Source: Desulfobacterales bacterium (GTDB lineage: Bacteria; Desulfobacterota; Desulfobacteria; Desulfobacterales; UBA11574). From it: a stretch of DNA of 64,000 nucleotides. Below are positions 18,666 through 27,190 of this stretch, piece after piece; within the stretch, counting starts at the first letter, position 1, and every line of letters starts with the position of its first letter. The position numbers were made by a program, and so were the translations under genes. A model generated the notes under the pieces. That model had not been told where the DNA came from. It saw nothing but the letters and a program-made list of their open reading frames with translations, and did not search any database. The stretch lies in NCBI GenBank assembly GCA_022340885.1, contig JAJDND010000107.1, positions 9,722 to 73,721 of the forward strand. Reading direction: 5' to 3'.

Positions 18666-21600
18666 ATGACGAACAAAAGCGGATCGGTTATGGTTGTCGG
18701 CGCAGGTATTGCCGGAATGCAGGCTGCGCTGGATCTGGCCAATTCAGATTATAAGGTGTATCTGGTAGATAAATCGCCGACCGTCGGTGGGATGATGTCC
18801 CGGCTGGACAAGACCTTTCCCACCAATGACTGTGCCATGTGAGTGATCTCGCCGAAACTGGTCGAGGTCGGCCGGCATATGAATATCGATCTGGTGATGT
18901 GCAGCGAAGTCAAAAGCATCAGCGGCGATCCGGGAAATTTCGAGGTGTCGCTGGTCAATCATCCCCGGTATATCGATCCTGTTAAATGCACGGGGTGCGG
19001 GGAGTGTGCCAGACACTGCCCGGTGACCGCCGTCAACCAATACAATATGAAACTGGACGATCGACGGGCCACCTATATCGAGTATGCCCAGGCAGTGCCC
19101 CTTGCATTCGGCATCGATACCGATACCTGCATCGGCTGCGGCCTTTGCGAAAACATGTGTATCGCCAAGGCGATAAAGTACGATGACGCCGAGCGTGAAA
19201 GCACGCTCAAGGTCGGGTCCGTGATACTGTCGGTGGGAAGCCGCGGATTTGATCCTTCGGGCCTCGATTATCTGGGATACGGCAAGTACACCAATGTGGT
19301 GACCAGTGAGGAATTTGAAAGAATTTTGAGTGCATCGGGTCCTTATTTCGGTCATCTGATGCGACCCCTGGACCGGGAGGAACCCAAAAGCATCGCCTGG
19401 CTGCAATGCGTGGGATCCAGGGACGCCAACCGGTGCGGCAACGGTTACTGCTCTTCGGTCTGCTGCATGTATGCCGTCAAAGAATCCATGATCGCCAAGG
19501 AACATGTCCACGGAGAACTCGATTGCGTGGTGTTCAATATGGATATGCGAACCTTCGGCAAAGATTATGAAAAATATTATTTGCGCGCCCGGGACAAAGA
19601 AGGTGTTCGTTTTATCAAAGCCAGGGTGCACAGCATCATCGAGGTTCCGGAAACCGGGGATCTGATTATTCAATATGCCGATGAAGCCGGCAAAATGAAA
19701 GAAGAAGTCTTCAGCATGGTGGTCCTGTCGGTGGGACTTCAGGTTCAACCGGACGCCGCCGAGCTTGCCCAGCGCCTCGACATTAAACTGAACAAATACC
19801 ATTTTGTGGACAGCGATCCCTTTGCACCGGTAGCCACGTCGCAACCGGGGATTTATACCTGCGGGGTACTACAGGGCCCCAAGGACATTCCGGGTTCCGT
19901 GACCGAGGCCAGCGCGGCCGCCTGTCTGGCGGGCGCCGAGCTTGCCGAGGCCAGGGGCACCGACATCCCCAAGGTCGAAATTCCCAAAGAGATGGATGTT
20001 ACCGATCAGGATCCCCGCATCGGTGTATTTGTCTGCAATTGCGGCATTAATATCGGCGGGGTTGTGGATGTTCCCGGGGTAAAGGCGTACGCAGAAACCC
20101 TTCCCAATGTGGTTTATACGGATGAAAACCTGTTTACCTGCAGCCAGGACACCCAGGACAAAATCAAAGAAAAAATCATCGAACATAACCTCAACCGGGT
20201 GGTGGTGGCATCCTGCAGTCCCAAGACCCACGAAGCCATGTTCATGGAAACCTTGGAAGCCTGCGGGTTGAACAAGTATCTTTTTGAAATGGCCAATATT
20301 CGCAACCAGGATTCCTGGATTCATTCCAAGGAACCCGAGGTTGCGACGAAAAAGGCCAAGGACCTGGTTCGAATGGCCGTGGCCCGGGCCGCTACCCTGA
20401 GAACCCTTCACGAGAAAGTGGTTCCCATTAACAAGCAGGCGCTGGTCATCGGCGGAGGCGTTGCCGGAATGAACGCCGCGCTGAGTTTGGGCAACCAGGG
20501 CTTCAATACCGTATTGCTTGAAAAAGAAACCGAACTCGGCGGGTTTTCACGAAAACTTCACCACACCATCGAAGGGGCGGATGTTCAGGCTTACCTCAAG
20601 ACCCTGGTTGATGACGTAAGCGGCCATGATAAAATCGAGGTGTTGACCGGGGCCCGGATCGTCGGATTCGAAGGGTTTAAGGGAAATTTTGCCACGGAAG
20701 TGGCCTTGGACGGTGTCGACAAGAAGCGAAAAATCGATCACGGTGTTTTTATCGTGGCCACCGGTGCCGGGGAATACCAGCCCAAGGAATTTCTATACGG
20801 AGAAGACGATCGGGTCTTAACCCAGGTGGCGCTGTCCGACAGACTGGAAGAGAAAGGCGCCGACGGCCTCGACAGCGTTGTCATGATCCAATGTGTCGGT
20901 TCCCGCAATGACGAGCATGTTGAATGCTCTCGAATTTGCTGCCAGAATGCCGTCAAAAACGCCCTTCACATCAAAAAGCTGAATCCGGAAACCCAGGTCT
21001 ATGTGTTGTACCGGGATATCCGGACCTACGGACTTCTTGAGGACTACTTTACGGAAGCCAGAGAACAGGGCGTGATCTTTATCCGTTTTGACGAAGATGC
21101 GCCGCCGGATGTTCGCAGTGCGTCCGAAGGGATGCTGGTTACCGTTAAAGACCATATTTTGCAGCAAAATGTCGAGATCAGGGCTGACCTGGTCACTTTG
21201 AGCGCGGGGATGCGGGCCGAAGATACCGACGAGATGAGCCAGATTATGAAGCTGAACCGCAATCCGGAAGGCTACTTCATCGAGGCCCATGTGAAACTGC
21301 GTCCGGTGGACATGCCCAGTGACGGCGTCTTTTTGTGCGGGACCGCCCATGGACCCAAGTTGATTACCGAGGCGATTTCACAGGCGCAGGCGGCGGCTTC
21401 GCGGGCGACGACATTTTTGGCCAAAGATGCCATCAAGCTGTCGGCCATTACGGCCAAGGTGGATGTGGACCATTGCGTCAAGTGTTTGACCTGTGTCCGT
21501 TCATGTCCCTTTGGGGTGCCGGAATTTAATATCAATGAAAAAGTCATCGAAATCAATGAAGCGATTTGTCATGGCTGCGGCGTTTGCGCCAGTATTTGCC

Positions 21601-21686
21601 CGCGGCAGACCATTCATTTGAGTTTTTACGATGACGATCAAATAATGTGTAAGATTGATGCCCTACTCGAGGCGGAGGGAACATAA
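18666..21686 (+). CDS. hdrA: Tandem HdrA-type heterodisulfide-reductase subunit A-like flavoprotein; selenoprotein, Sec at 18840-18842
   Basis: GGGAGG lies before the ATG at 18666 ([24 protein letters not shown]...[19 protein letters not shown]). The frame is the same as track ORF 18843-21686. The 1006-aa product has HdrA motifs ([29 protein letters not shown]), a second GGGVAG unit and a C-terminal 2x[4Fe-4S] region. Confidence 0.85.
18858..18875 (+). promoter_or_regulatory. SECIS-like hairpin for the UGA at 18840
   Basis: CUGGUCG-AGGU-CGGCCGG forms a 7-bp stem and starts 15 nt after the UGA. It is nucleotide-identical to the hdrL hairpin even though the flanking codons differ at synonymous positions. 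Confidence 0.65.
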
Positions 21687-22108
21687 TGGCTGATTTCGAA
21701 CCGACAATTTTAGCATTTTGCTGTGACTATTGAGGGTATTCGGCTGCGGACCTGGCAGGTTCCATGCGACTGGACTATCCCGCAAACATTAAAATCGTTA
21801 GACTTCCCTGTACCGGAAAGATAGATGTCATACATCTTCTGAGGGCCTTTCAGAAAGGCGCAGACGGCGTATATGTCGTGGGTTGCCTGGAAGGAACTTG
21901 CCACTATAACGAGGGAAATTTCAGGGCTCGTGAACGGGTGGAACATGTCCGCATGTTGTTGGAAGAGATCGGTCTCGAAGGAGACAGGGTGAGAATGTAT
22001 AATCTTTCTTCGGGTGAAGGGCCCACCTTTGCAGCCTATGCAAAGGAAATGACCGACCACATACGGTCTCTGGGACCCAACCCTATTAAGAATTCGACAA
22101 AGGCCTAA
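21686..22108 (+). CDS. mvhD: MvhD/FlpD-like [2Fe-2S] protein; selenoprotein, Sec at 21731-21733
   Basis: The ATG overlaps the hdrA stop (TAATG). The protein [25 protein letters not shown] continues in frame into track ORF 21764-22108 (RLPCTGKIDV...VVGCLEGTCHYNEGN). Here U replaces the second Cys of the N-terminal CxxC..AD motif. Confidence 0.8.
21748..21763 (+). promoter_or_regulatory. SECIS-like hairpin for the UGA at 21731
   Basis: GGACC-UGGCA-GG(U)UCC is a 5-bp stem with one bulged U and a GG-containing loop. It starts 14 nt after the UGA. Confidence 0.5.
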
Positions 22109-22124
22109 AAACGGAGGATACATT

Positions 22125-23444
22125 ATGGCTGAAGAAGCAATTAAACTCGGCGGCAAAAAGAAAAGTATTTTTCTGGACAAGGTAAAGGAGCTGCTTCCCG
22201 AAGGGGGGCATCTTAATCTTTGCCTGACTTGCGGCGCCTGCTCGTCCGGATGCCCGGCCACGGGCCTGGAGGATATGGACCCGAGAAAGTTCTTACGCAT
22301 GGCTGCCCTTGGAATGGACGAAGAAATAACCAGTTCGCCCTGGGTGTGGATGTGCACCATGTGTCAGCGGTGCATTTACGTGTGCCCCATGAAGATCGAC
22401 ATCCCGCAACTGGTCTTTAATGCCCGGGCGTCATGGTCCAGGGAAGATCGGCCCAAGGGGATTCTCGGATCGTGCGACATGGCATTGAAACATGATACCT
22501 GCAGCGCCATGGGGACGTCCGAGGAAGACTTCCAGTTCGTGGTGGAAGACGTGCTGGAAGAATACCAGGAGGCCCAGCCGGAGTTCAGTGATATGAAAGC
22601 GGATGTCAACCGGGAAGGGGCCGAGTTCTTTTTGAACCAGAACTCCAGGGAACCGGTCACCGAACCCGATGAAATGGTGCCCCTTTGGAAAATCCTCCAT
22701 TTGGCCGGCGCCGACTGGACTTACGGCACCAAGGGATGGGCTGCGGAAAATTACTGCATGTTTCTGGCGGATAACGATGCCTGGGAACATATTGTGCGGG
22801 TAAAAGCCAAGGCCGTGGATGATTTAAAGTGCAAGGTCTGGCTCAATACCGAGTGAGGGCACGAACTTTTTGCAGTCCGGGCCGGACTGAAAAAATTCAA
22901 CATCGAGCATAAGTTTGAAATCAAAAGCATCATTCAGTATTATGCCCAGTGGATCCGGGAGGGAAAACTCAAAGTCAATTCCGACTGGAACAAGGATCTT
23001 CAAATCAAATTTACGGTTCAGGACCCCTGCCAGTTGGTTCGCAAAACCTTTGGGGACCCGGTGGCCGAAGATTTGAGATATACCGTGAAAGCGGTGGTGG
23101 GTGAAGAGAATTTTATCGATATGCAACCGAATCGGTCGAACAACTACTGCTGCGGGGGCGGCGGCGGATTTCTCCAATCCGGGTATCCGGAAGCACGCCG
23201 AGGATACGGCAAGCTCAAAGCCGACCAGATTTTAACGACAAAAGCGAATTACTGCATTACGCCGTGCCACAACTGCCATGCTCAGATTCATGATTTGAGC
23301 GACATCAATGACCATGCATGGCATACCGTTCATCTGTGGACGCTGATTTGCCTGTCACTGGGGGTGCTGGGGCCCAATGAGCGCGAATATCTGGGTGATG
23401 AGCTTAAAGAAGTATTGCCCTTTCACCCTGAATCGGCGATGTAG
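22125..23444 (+). CDS. HdrD-like protein (HdrC-type 2x[4Fe-4S] domain fused to HdrB-type CCG domains); selenoprotein, Sec at 22854-22856
   Basis: Track ORFs 22125-22856 and 23034-23444 share one frame with only one TGA between them. The N-terminus has CLTCGACSSGCP and CTMCQRCIYVCP. The C-terminus has a canonical CCG domain (DPCQL...NYCCGGGGG...PCHNCH). The UGA lies in KVWLNTE-U-GHELF. Confidence 0.8.
22873..22889 (+). promoter_or_regulatory. SECIS-like hairpin for the UGA at 22854
   Basis: CAGUCC-GGGCC-GGACUG forms a perfect 6-bp stem with a G-rich loop. It starts 16 nt after the UGA. Confidence 0.55.
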
Positions 23445-23540
23445 TCGCCTATCATCCGTTGTTGCTGATTTGAGAACAAGGTGCTTGACGATTGATCAAA
23501 GAAAAAGACAGTTGGCGACAGATGACTGTTAGGAGGGAAA

Positions 23541-24215
23541 ATGATAGTTGCCAAAAGGAAACCCTTTGAAGAAATAAAAGAAATGATCAAGGACTATAAA
23601 AAAGTCCTGAACGTGGGCTGCGGTACATGTGTGGCGGTCTGCCTTGCCGGCGGCGAAAAAGAGGTCGCCGTATTGAATGCCGAAATCGACATGGCCAGGA
23701 AATTGGACAACAACCCCATCGAACTCGGCGCCCAGACCGTCGAAAGACAGTGCGACCATGAATATCTCGAGGAGCTGGATGATGTGATCGGCGACTACGA
23801 TGCCGTCATCTCTATGGCCTGCGGTGTCGGCATCCAGTTTCTGGCGGAGCGGTTCCCGGACAAGCCGGTTTATCCGGGTGTGGATACATGCGGCATGTCC
23901 GCCAATCAGGCCGTGGGTTGGTATGAAGAGCGGTGCCGATCCTGCGGAAAGTGCGTGCTCGGGATGACTGCGGCCATCTGTCCGGTGACCATGTGCGCCA
24001 AAGGGCTTTACAACGGTCCCTGCGGCGGCACCAACAAAGGAAGCTGTGAGATCGACACGGAACAGCCCTGCGCATGGTTCAGGATCTATGAACGCCTGGA
24101 GCGTCAGGGACGCCTTAATAATATTTTAATATACACTCCCCCGGTGGAATGGAATGACCAGATTCCGAGAACATTGATTCAACCCGGTTATAAAAAACCG
24201 GAGAAGGCTGGCTGA
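23541..24215 (+). CDS. metV: MetV-type zinc/iron-sulfur subunit of methylenetetrahydrofolate reductase (MTHFR C-terminal-domain family)
   Basis: A 224-aa Cys-rich protein (GCGTCVAVC, MACGVG, CRSCGKCVLG..ICPVTMCAKGLYNGPCGG..GSCE...CAW) lying immediately upstream of metF. Confidence 0.8.
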   Translation: MIVAKRKPFEEIKEMIKDYKKVLNVGCGTCVAVCLAGGEKEVAVLNAEIDMARKLDNNPIELGAQTVERQCDHEYLEELDDVIGDYDAVISMACGVGIQFLAERFPDKPVYPGVDTCGMSANQAVGWYEERCRSCGKCVLGMTAAICPVTMCAKGLYNGPCGGTNKGSCEIDTEQPCAWFRIYERLERQGRLNNILIYTPPVEWNDQIPRTLIQPGYKKPEKAG

Positions 24216-24356
24216 TGGTTGAAAAGTGAAGTGGGTGAACGGGTAAGTGGCACTGCGTTGCAAAGAGATTCGGAATAAACCGGGCCCATGGGGTTTAACG
24301 GATAACCTATCAACGAATAAACGAATCATAAGGGATCAGAACAAAAGGAAAACCAA

Positions 24357-25283
24357 ATGAAATCAGGAAGCAATTTGGAAAAAGTCTTAAAAGCGGGTCA
24401 TTTTGCATTTACAGGGGAACTGGGGCCGCCCAGGGGCTGTGATGTCGAAGAAGTCAAAGAAAAGGCGCAACATCTGAAGGGGAATGTGGATTCGGTGAAT
24501 ATCACCGACAATCAGACCGCCATGGTACGGATGTCCAGTTGGGCCGCGAGCCTTATCCTGCTTCAGGAAGGTCTGGAACCCAATTTCCAGATGGTATGCC
24601 GGGACCGCAACCGGTTGGCCATGCAGGCCGATATTTTGGGCGCCTATGCCCATGGCATACGGAATATGCTGTGCCTTTCCGGCGATCATCAGAAATTCGG
24701 AGATCATCCCATGGCCAAAGGGGTATTCGATATCGACTCCATCCAGTTGATCAGCATGGTTAAAAACATGCGCGACAACGGGACATTTTTAAGCGGCGCC
24801 GAGTTGCATGGAATTCCTAAAATGTTTATCGGTGCGGCATCCAATCCGTTTGCCGATCCCTTCGAATGGCGGGTGCACCGTCTGGCAAAGAAGGTGGAAG
24901 CCGGGTGCGATTTTATCCAGACCCAGTGTATTTATAACATGGAAAAGTTTCGGGAATTTATCAAGCAGGCCAATGATATGGGGCTTACCGAAAAAACGTA
25001 TATTCTGGCCGGTGTGACGCCCATGAAAAGTGTGGGTATGGCCAAGTATATGAAAAACAAGGTCCCCGGAATGGATGTGCCCGATGAAATCATCAAACGA
25101 CTCCAGGGTGCGGAAAAAGGAAAGGTGGCCGACGAAGGCATCAAATTCGCCTGCGAACAGATCGAAGAGTTCAAGGAGATGAAAGGGGTTCACGGGGTCC
25201 ACATGATGGCCATTGAGTGGGAACACAAGGTCCCCGAGATCGCCGAAAGGGCCAAGGTGCTTCCCCGGCCGGTTGTGGACTAG
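24357..25283 (+). CDS. metF: 5,10-methylenetetrahydrofolate reductase
   Basis: A 308-aa protein with ELGPPRG, NITDNQTAMVRMS, LCLSGD and FIQTQCIYN, typical of MetF TIM-barrel proteins of the acetogen/sulfate-reducer type. Confidence 0.9.
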   Translation: MKSGSNLEKVLKAGHFAFTGELGPPRGCDVEEVKEKAQHLKGNVDSVNITDNQTAMVRMSSWAASLILLQEGLEPNFQMVCRDRNRLAMQADILGAYAHGIRNMLCLSGDHQKFGDHPMAKGVFDIDSIQLISMVKNMRDNGTFLSGAELHGIPKMFIGAASNPFADPFEWRVHRLAKKVEAGCDFIQTQCIYNMEKFREFIKQANDMGLTEKTYILAGVTPMKSVGMAKYMKNKVPGMDVPDEIIKRLQGAEKGKVADEGIKFACEQIEEFKEMKGVHGVHMMAIEWEHKVPEIAERAKVLPRPVVD

Positions 25284-25291
25284 CTTTTTGT

Positions 25292-25546
25292 GTGTTCAGT
25301 GTTCAGAGTTCAGGAGGAGCAGAATTGTCAATCTTGCTTAAAGTTCTGCCCACGGTGTTCGCGAAACTGCCCTTCCCGAACTCTGAACCCCTGAACACTT
25401 CCATTAGGAATGTTCACGCAAAGCAGAGTTATCTATCTCGTTTATCTGCTTGAAGTGTTTCTCCTATAAGTGCCCTTCCTGAACACTAAACGCTCGGCAA
25501 TTATCTTTCCTGAACTCTGACCCCCTGAACACCGAACACTTCCATT
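25292..25546. repeat. Composite intergenic element built from GTTCAG / CTGAAC words (inverted arms plus two direct about 35-40-bp copies)
   Basis: A 7-nt-period run GTGTTCAGTGTTCAGAGTTCAGG spans 25292-25314. It has perfect complements at 25378-25388 (11 bp) and 25509-25520 (12 bp). Two direct copies of CYTTCCYGAACTCTGAMCCCCTGAACAC..TTCCATT lie at 25371-25405 and 25506-25546. Confidence 0.7.
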
Positions 25547-25557
25547 GAACCCTTCCC

Positions 25558-26607
25558 TTAATTGGCCAATATTTGTTTCGCCAGGACCATGGCATGCAAT
25601 TTCCCAAACGCAATGTGGCGTGGTAAGTGGTTCAATCCGCAGGAGCTGGTGATTAAAGTTTGTTCCGGCGCCAGCCATTTGTGCTCACGCACACGCTGGG
25701 CAATGACTTCGGCGGATTCAATGTTTAAATCCTGGACGTCCGCCGCACCCACGGCGAGTTGCTTGTTGCCCAAGAGCCCTTCGTATTCAGACGCAAAGTC
25801 ATGTTCGACCAGAAGTGCATGACAATTGATGTTGCTGATGAGTTCGGCGGGGTACCTGCCCGTGTCAAAATAGCGATGACCGATCTGGCCGTCATAGTCG
25901 GCCCCGACCGCGTAATTGCCCTGACAGACATGAACCTGCGTCAAGGTGTCTTCCTTTAATCCCTCGATCGCCAGATTGAGGGCATCCACAGCAGCCTGTA
26001 CCTCCTTATCATCGGAAATCGCAAATAACGGTTCATCGATTTGGATGTGCCGGCACCCTTCGGCTTCCAACTGTTTGAAATTTCGGTGAATGACCTTGGC
26101 CAGGTCCTGCATGAACCTTGAGATATCGCCGTAGTATTCGTCATGGGCGACCTTGGCCAGCATATGGGGGCCGGTCATGGTGATTTTGACGTCCTTTTTG
26201 GCGTATTTTGAAACGGTTTTGAATTCATCCGCCAGTCCGAGGTCGGAATCGCCGATGGGGCCCGTGCAGACGGCGGCCGGGTGGAACACATTGGGGTCCT
26301 TTGGCGTGATGGGCTTTGGTCGGGTTTCCTTAGAGAAGCCGGGAATCTTCTCCCAAAAATAATTGAGCATGGCATTGGGCGGCGCATGCCGGTTATTGGT
26401 TCTTCGATGCATTTCGCCGCCGGTAATGATATCGATCCCGGCCAATTCTTGATCCAATATGGCTGCCTGGGTCGCGCGGAATTGAGCGTCGGCCATATCG
26501 GCCTTGGACAGGATTCCGTTTTCAACCTGTTTTTCAAGAGATTCATACCACCTGGGGACGCTGTACGATCCGACGACGGTGGTCGTATATTTTTGATATG
26601 TTGTCAT
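25558..26607 (-). CDS. Short cobalamin-independent methionine-synthase-like methyltransferase (MetE C-terminal/core domain, COG0620-like)
   Basis: AAGGAG lies 6 nt before the second ATG (MTTYQKYTTTVVGSYSVPRWYE...). Zn-site-type residues are present (HVCQGNY, TSSCGLNHLP). A SAM-I riboswitch lies upstream. Confidence 0.8.
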   Translation of the reverse strand: MTTYQKYTTTVVGSYSVPRWYESLEKQVENGILSKADMADAQFRATQAAILDQELAGIDIITGGEMHRRTNNRHAPPNAMLNYFWEKIPGFSKETRPKPITPKDPNVFHPAAVCTGPIGDSDLGLADEFKTVSKYAKKDVKITMTGPHMLAKVAHDEYYGDISRFMQDLAKVIHRNFKQLEAEGCRHIQIDEPLFAISDDKEVQAAVDALNLAIEGLKEDTLTQVHVCQGNYAVGADYDGQIGHRYFDTGRYPAELISNINCHALLVEHDFASEYEGLLGNKQLAVGAADVQDLNIESAEVIAQRVREHKWLAPEQTLITSSCGLNHLPRHIAFGKLHAMVLAKQILAN

Positions 26608-26634
26608 GTTTATCTCCTTTGATAAAGTCATTTC

Positions 26635-26660
26635 AAAAAAAAACCTCTCACAAGGAGAGG
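26635..26660 (-). terminator. Leader terminator/attenuator hairpin directly upstream of the MetE-like gene
   Basis: The minus strand reads CCUCUC-cuugu-GAGAGG followed by nine U residues. It ends 27 nt before the start codon, inside the riboswitch-containing leader. Confidence 0.7.
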
Positions 26661-26830
26661 TAGCCGTCCATTTGTCATCAAGACCTTTGCAAAACGCCCC
26701 TTTTTGCCCGATTTCTGCGTCAGGCTCAAATTTTAATCCTCAAAATACTCGATGTATTCCTGCGGTTAAAATTTTCACCTTCCTTGAACTTGAACAAAAA
26801 TGAGCATTTTTCAAAGGTCTCTCAATAAGA

Positions 26831-26923
26831 CCTTATGTTCCCCTTACGGGCTGGAATTGGCACCTTTTGGAAAAGGTTGCCGGGCGGTCATAGAGCCAGA
26901 TCTCTCGCGCCGCTCTGCATAGC
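26831..26923 (-). promoter_or_regulatory. SAM-I (S-box) riboswitch aptamer
   Basis: The minus strand reads GCUAUGCAGAGCGGCGCGAGAGAUCUGGCUCUAUGACCGCCCGGCAACCUUUUCCAAAAGGUGCCAAUUCCAGCCCGUAAGGGGAACAUAAGG. It contains the S-box core elements:
- AGAG junction
- GAGAGA..UGGCUC..AUGA kink region
- GGCAACC...GGUGCCAAUUCC (P3)
- a CCC-GUAA-GGG P4 hairpin

It lies upstream of a methionine-synthase-type gene. Confidence 0.8.
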
Positions 26924-26945
26924 ATATGTTTTGTTTCAAGCAGAA

Positions 26946-26973
26946 ATATTATGACGCTTTTAAACAATGTCAA
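26946..26973 (-). promoter_or_regulatory. Sigma-70-like promoter for the riboswitch/MetE-like transcript (TTGACA-N16-TAATAT)
   Basis: The minus strand has TTGACA (26973-26968) and TAATAT (26951-26946), about 25 nt upstream of the aptamer. Confidence 0.5.
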
Positions 26974-27051
26974 GTCGGGCCCTAAAAAATTCATGCCTTT
27001 CAGATTTCCATTCAACCCTGGCGGGAAGGTTGCCGAATCGATGAAAAAAAC

Positions 27052-27080
27052 TTGACTTCTAAGAAAGCCTAACGTATGAA
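27052..27080 (+). promoter_or_regulatory. Sigma-70-like promoter (TTGACT-N17-TATGAA) for the porin leader
   Basis: TTGACT at 27052-27057, a 17-nt spacer, then TATGAA at 27075-27080. It is divergent from the riboswitch promoter. Confidence 0.45.
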
Positions 27081-27190
27081 AACGGTTTAATAATGCGGCT
27101 GAAGCCGATTGTGTTTAAATTTTGGAGAAGACCCGTGTCATAAGATTCTCCGCCGAATTAGCGGAGACGACATAAAAAGCATGAGAAAAT

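Noticed and set aside
13430-22856. Interpreting the five in-frame TGA codons as nonsense mutations, with the hdr/mvh genes as pseudogenes
   Set aside because: Five independent stops each fall exactly on a conserved Cys position. The downstream frames are intact for hundreds of codons, and a hairpin sits at constant distance after each stop. This pattern is that of Sec recoding, not decay.
25292-25546. GTTCAG/CTGAAC repeat cluster considered as a CRISPR array
   Set aside because: The repeat units are 6-7 nt words and two ~35-40-bp copies in mixed orientation. There are no constant-length repeat/spacer alternation and no cas genes in the window.
26853-26864. TTGGCACC on the plus strand considered as a -24 box
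   Set aside because: There is no GC element at the correct distance. The sequence is the complement of the GGUGCCAAUUCC core of the minus-strand SAM-I riboswitch.
27124-27169. Porin leader considered as a glycine riboswitch because of GGAGAA…CUCCGCCGAA…GCGGAGAC
   Set aside because: It lacks the conserved CACCGAAGGGGCAA and CUCUGGAGAG…GGAC elements and the second-helix layout. The resemblance is limited to a few purine-rich words.
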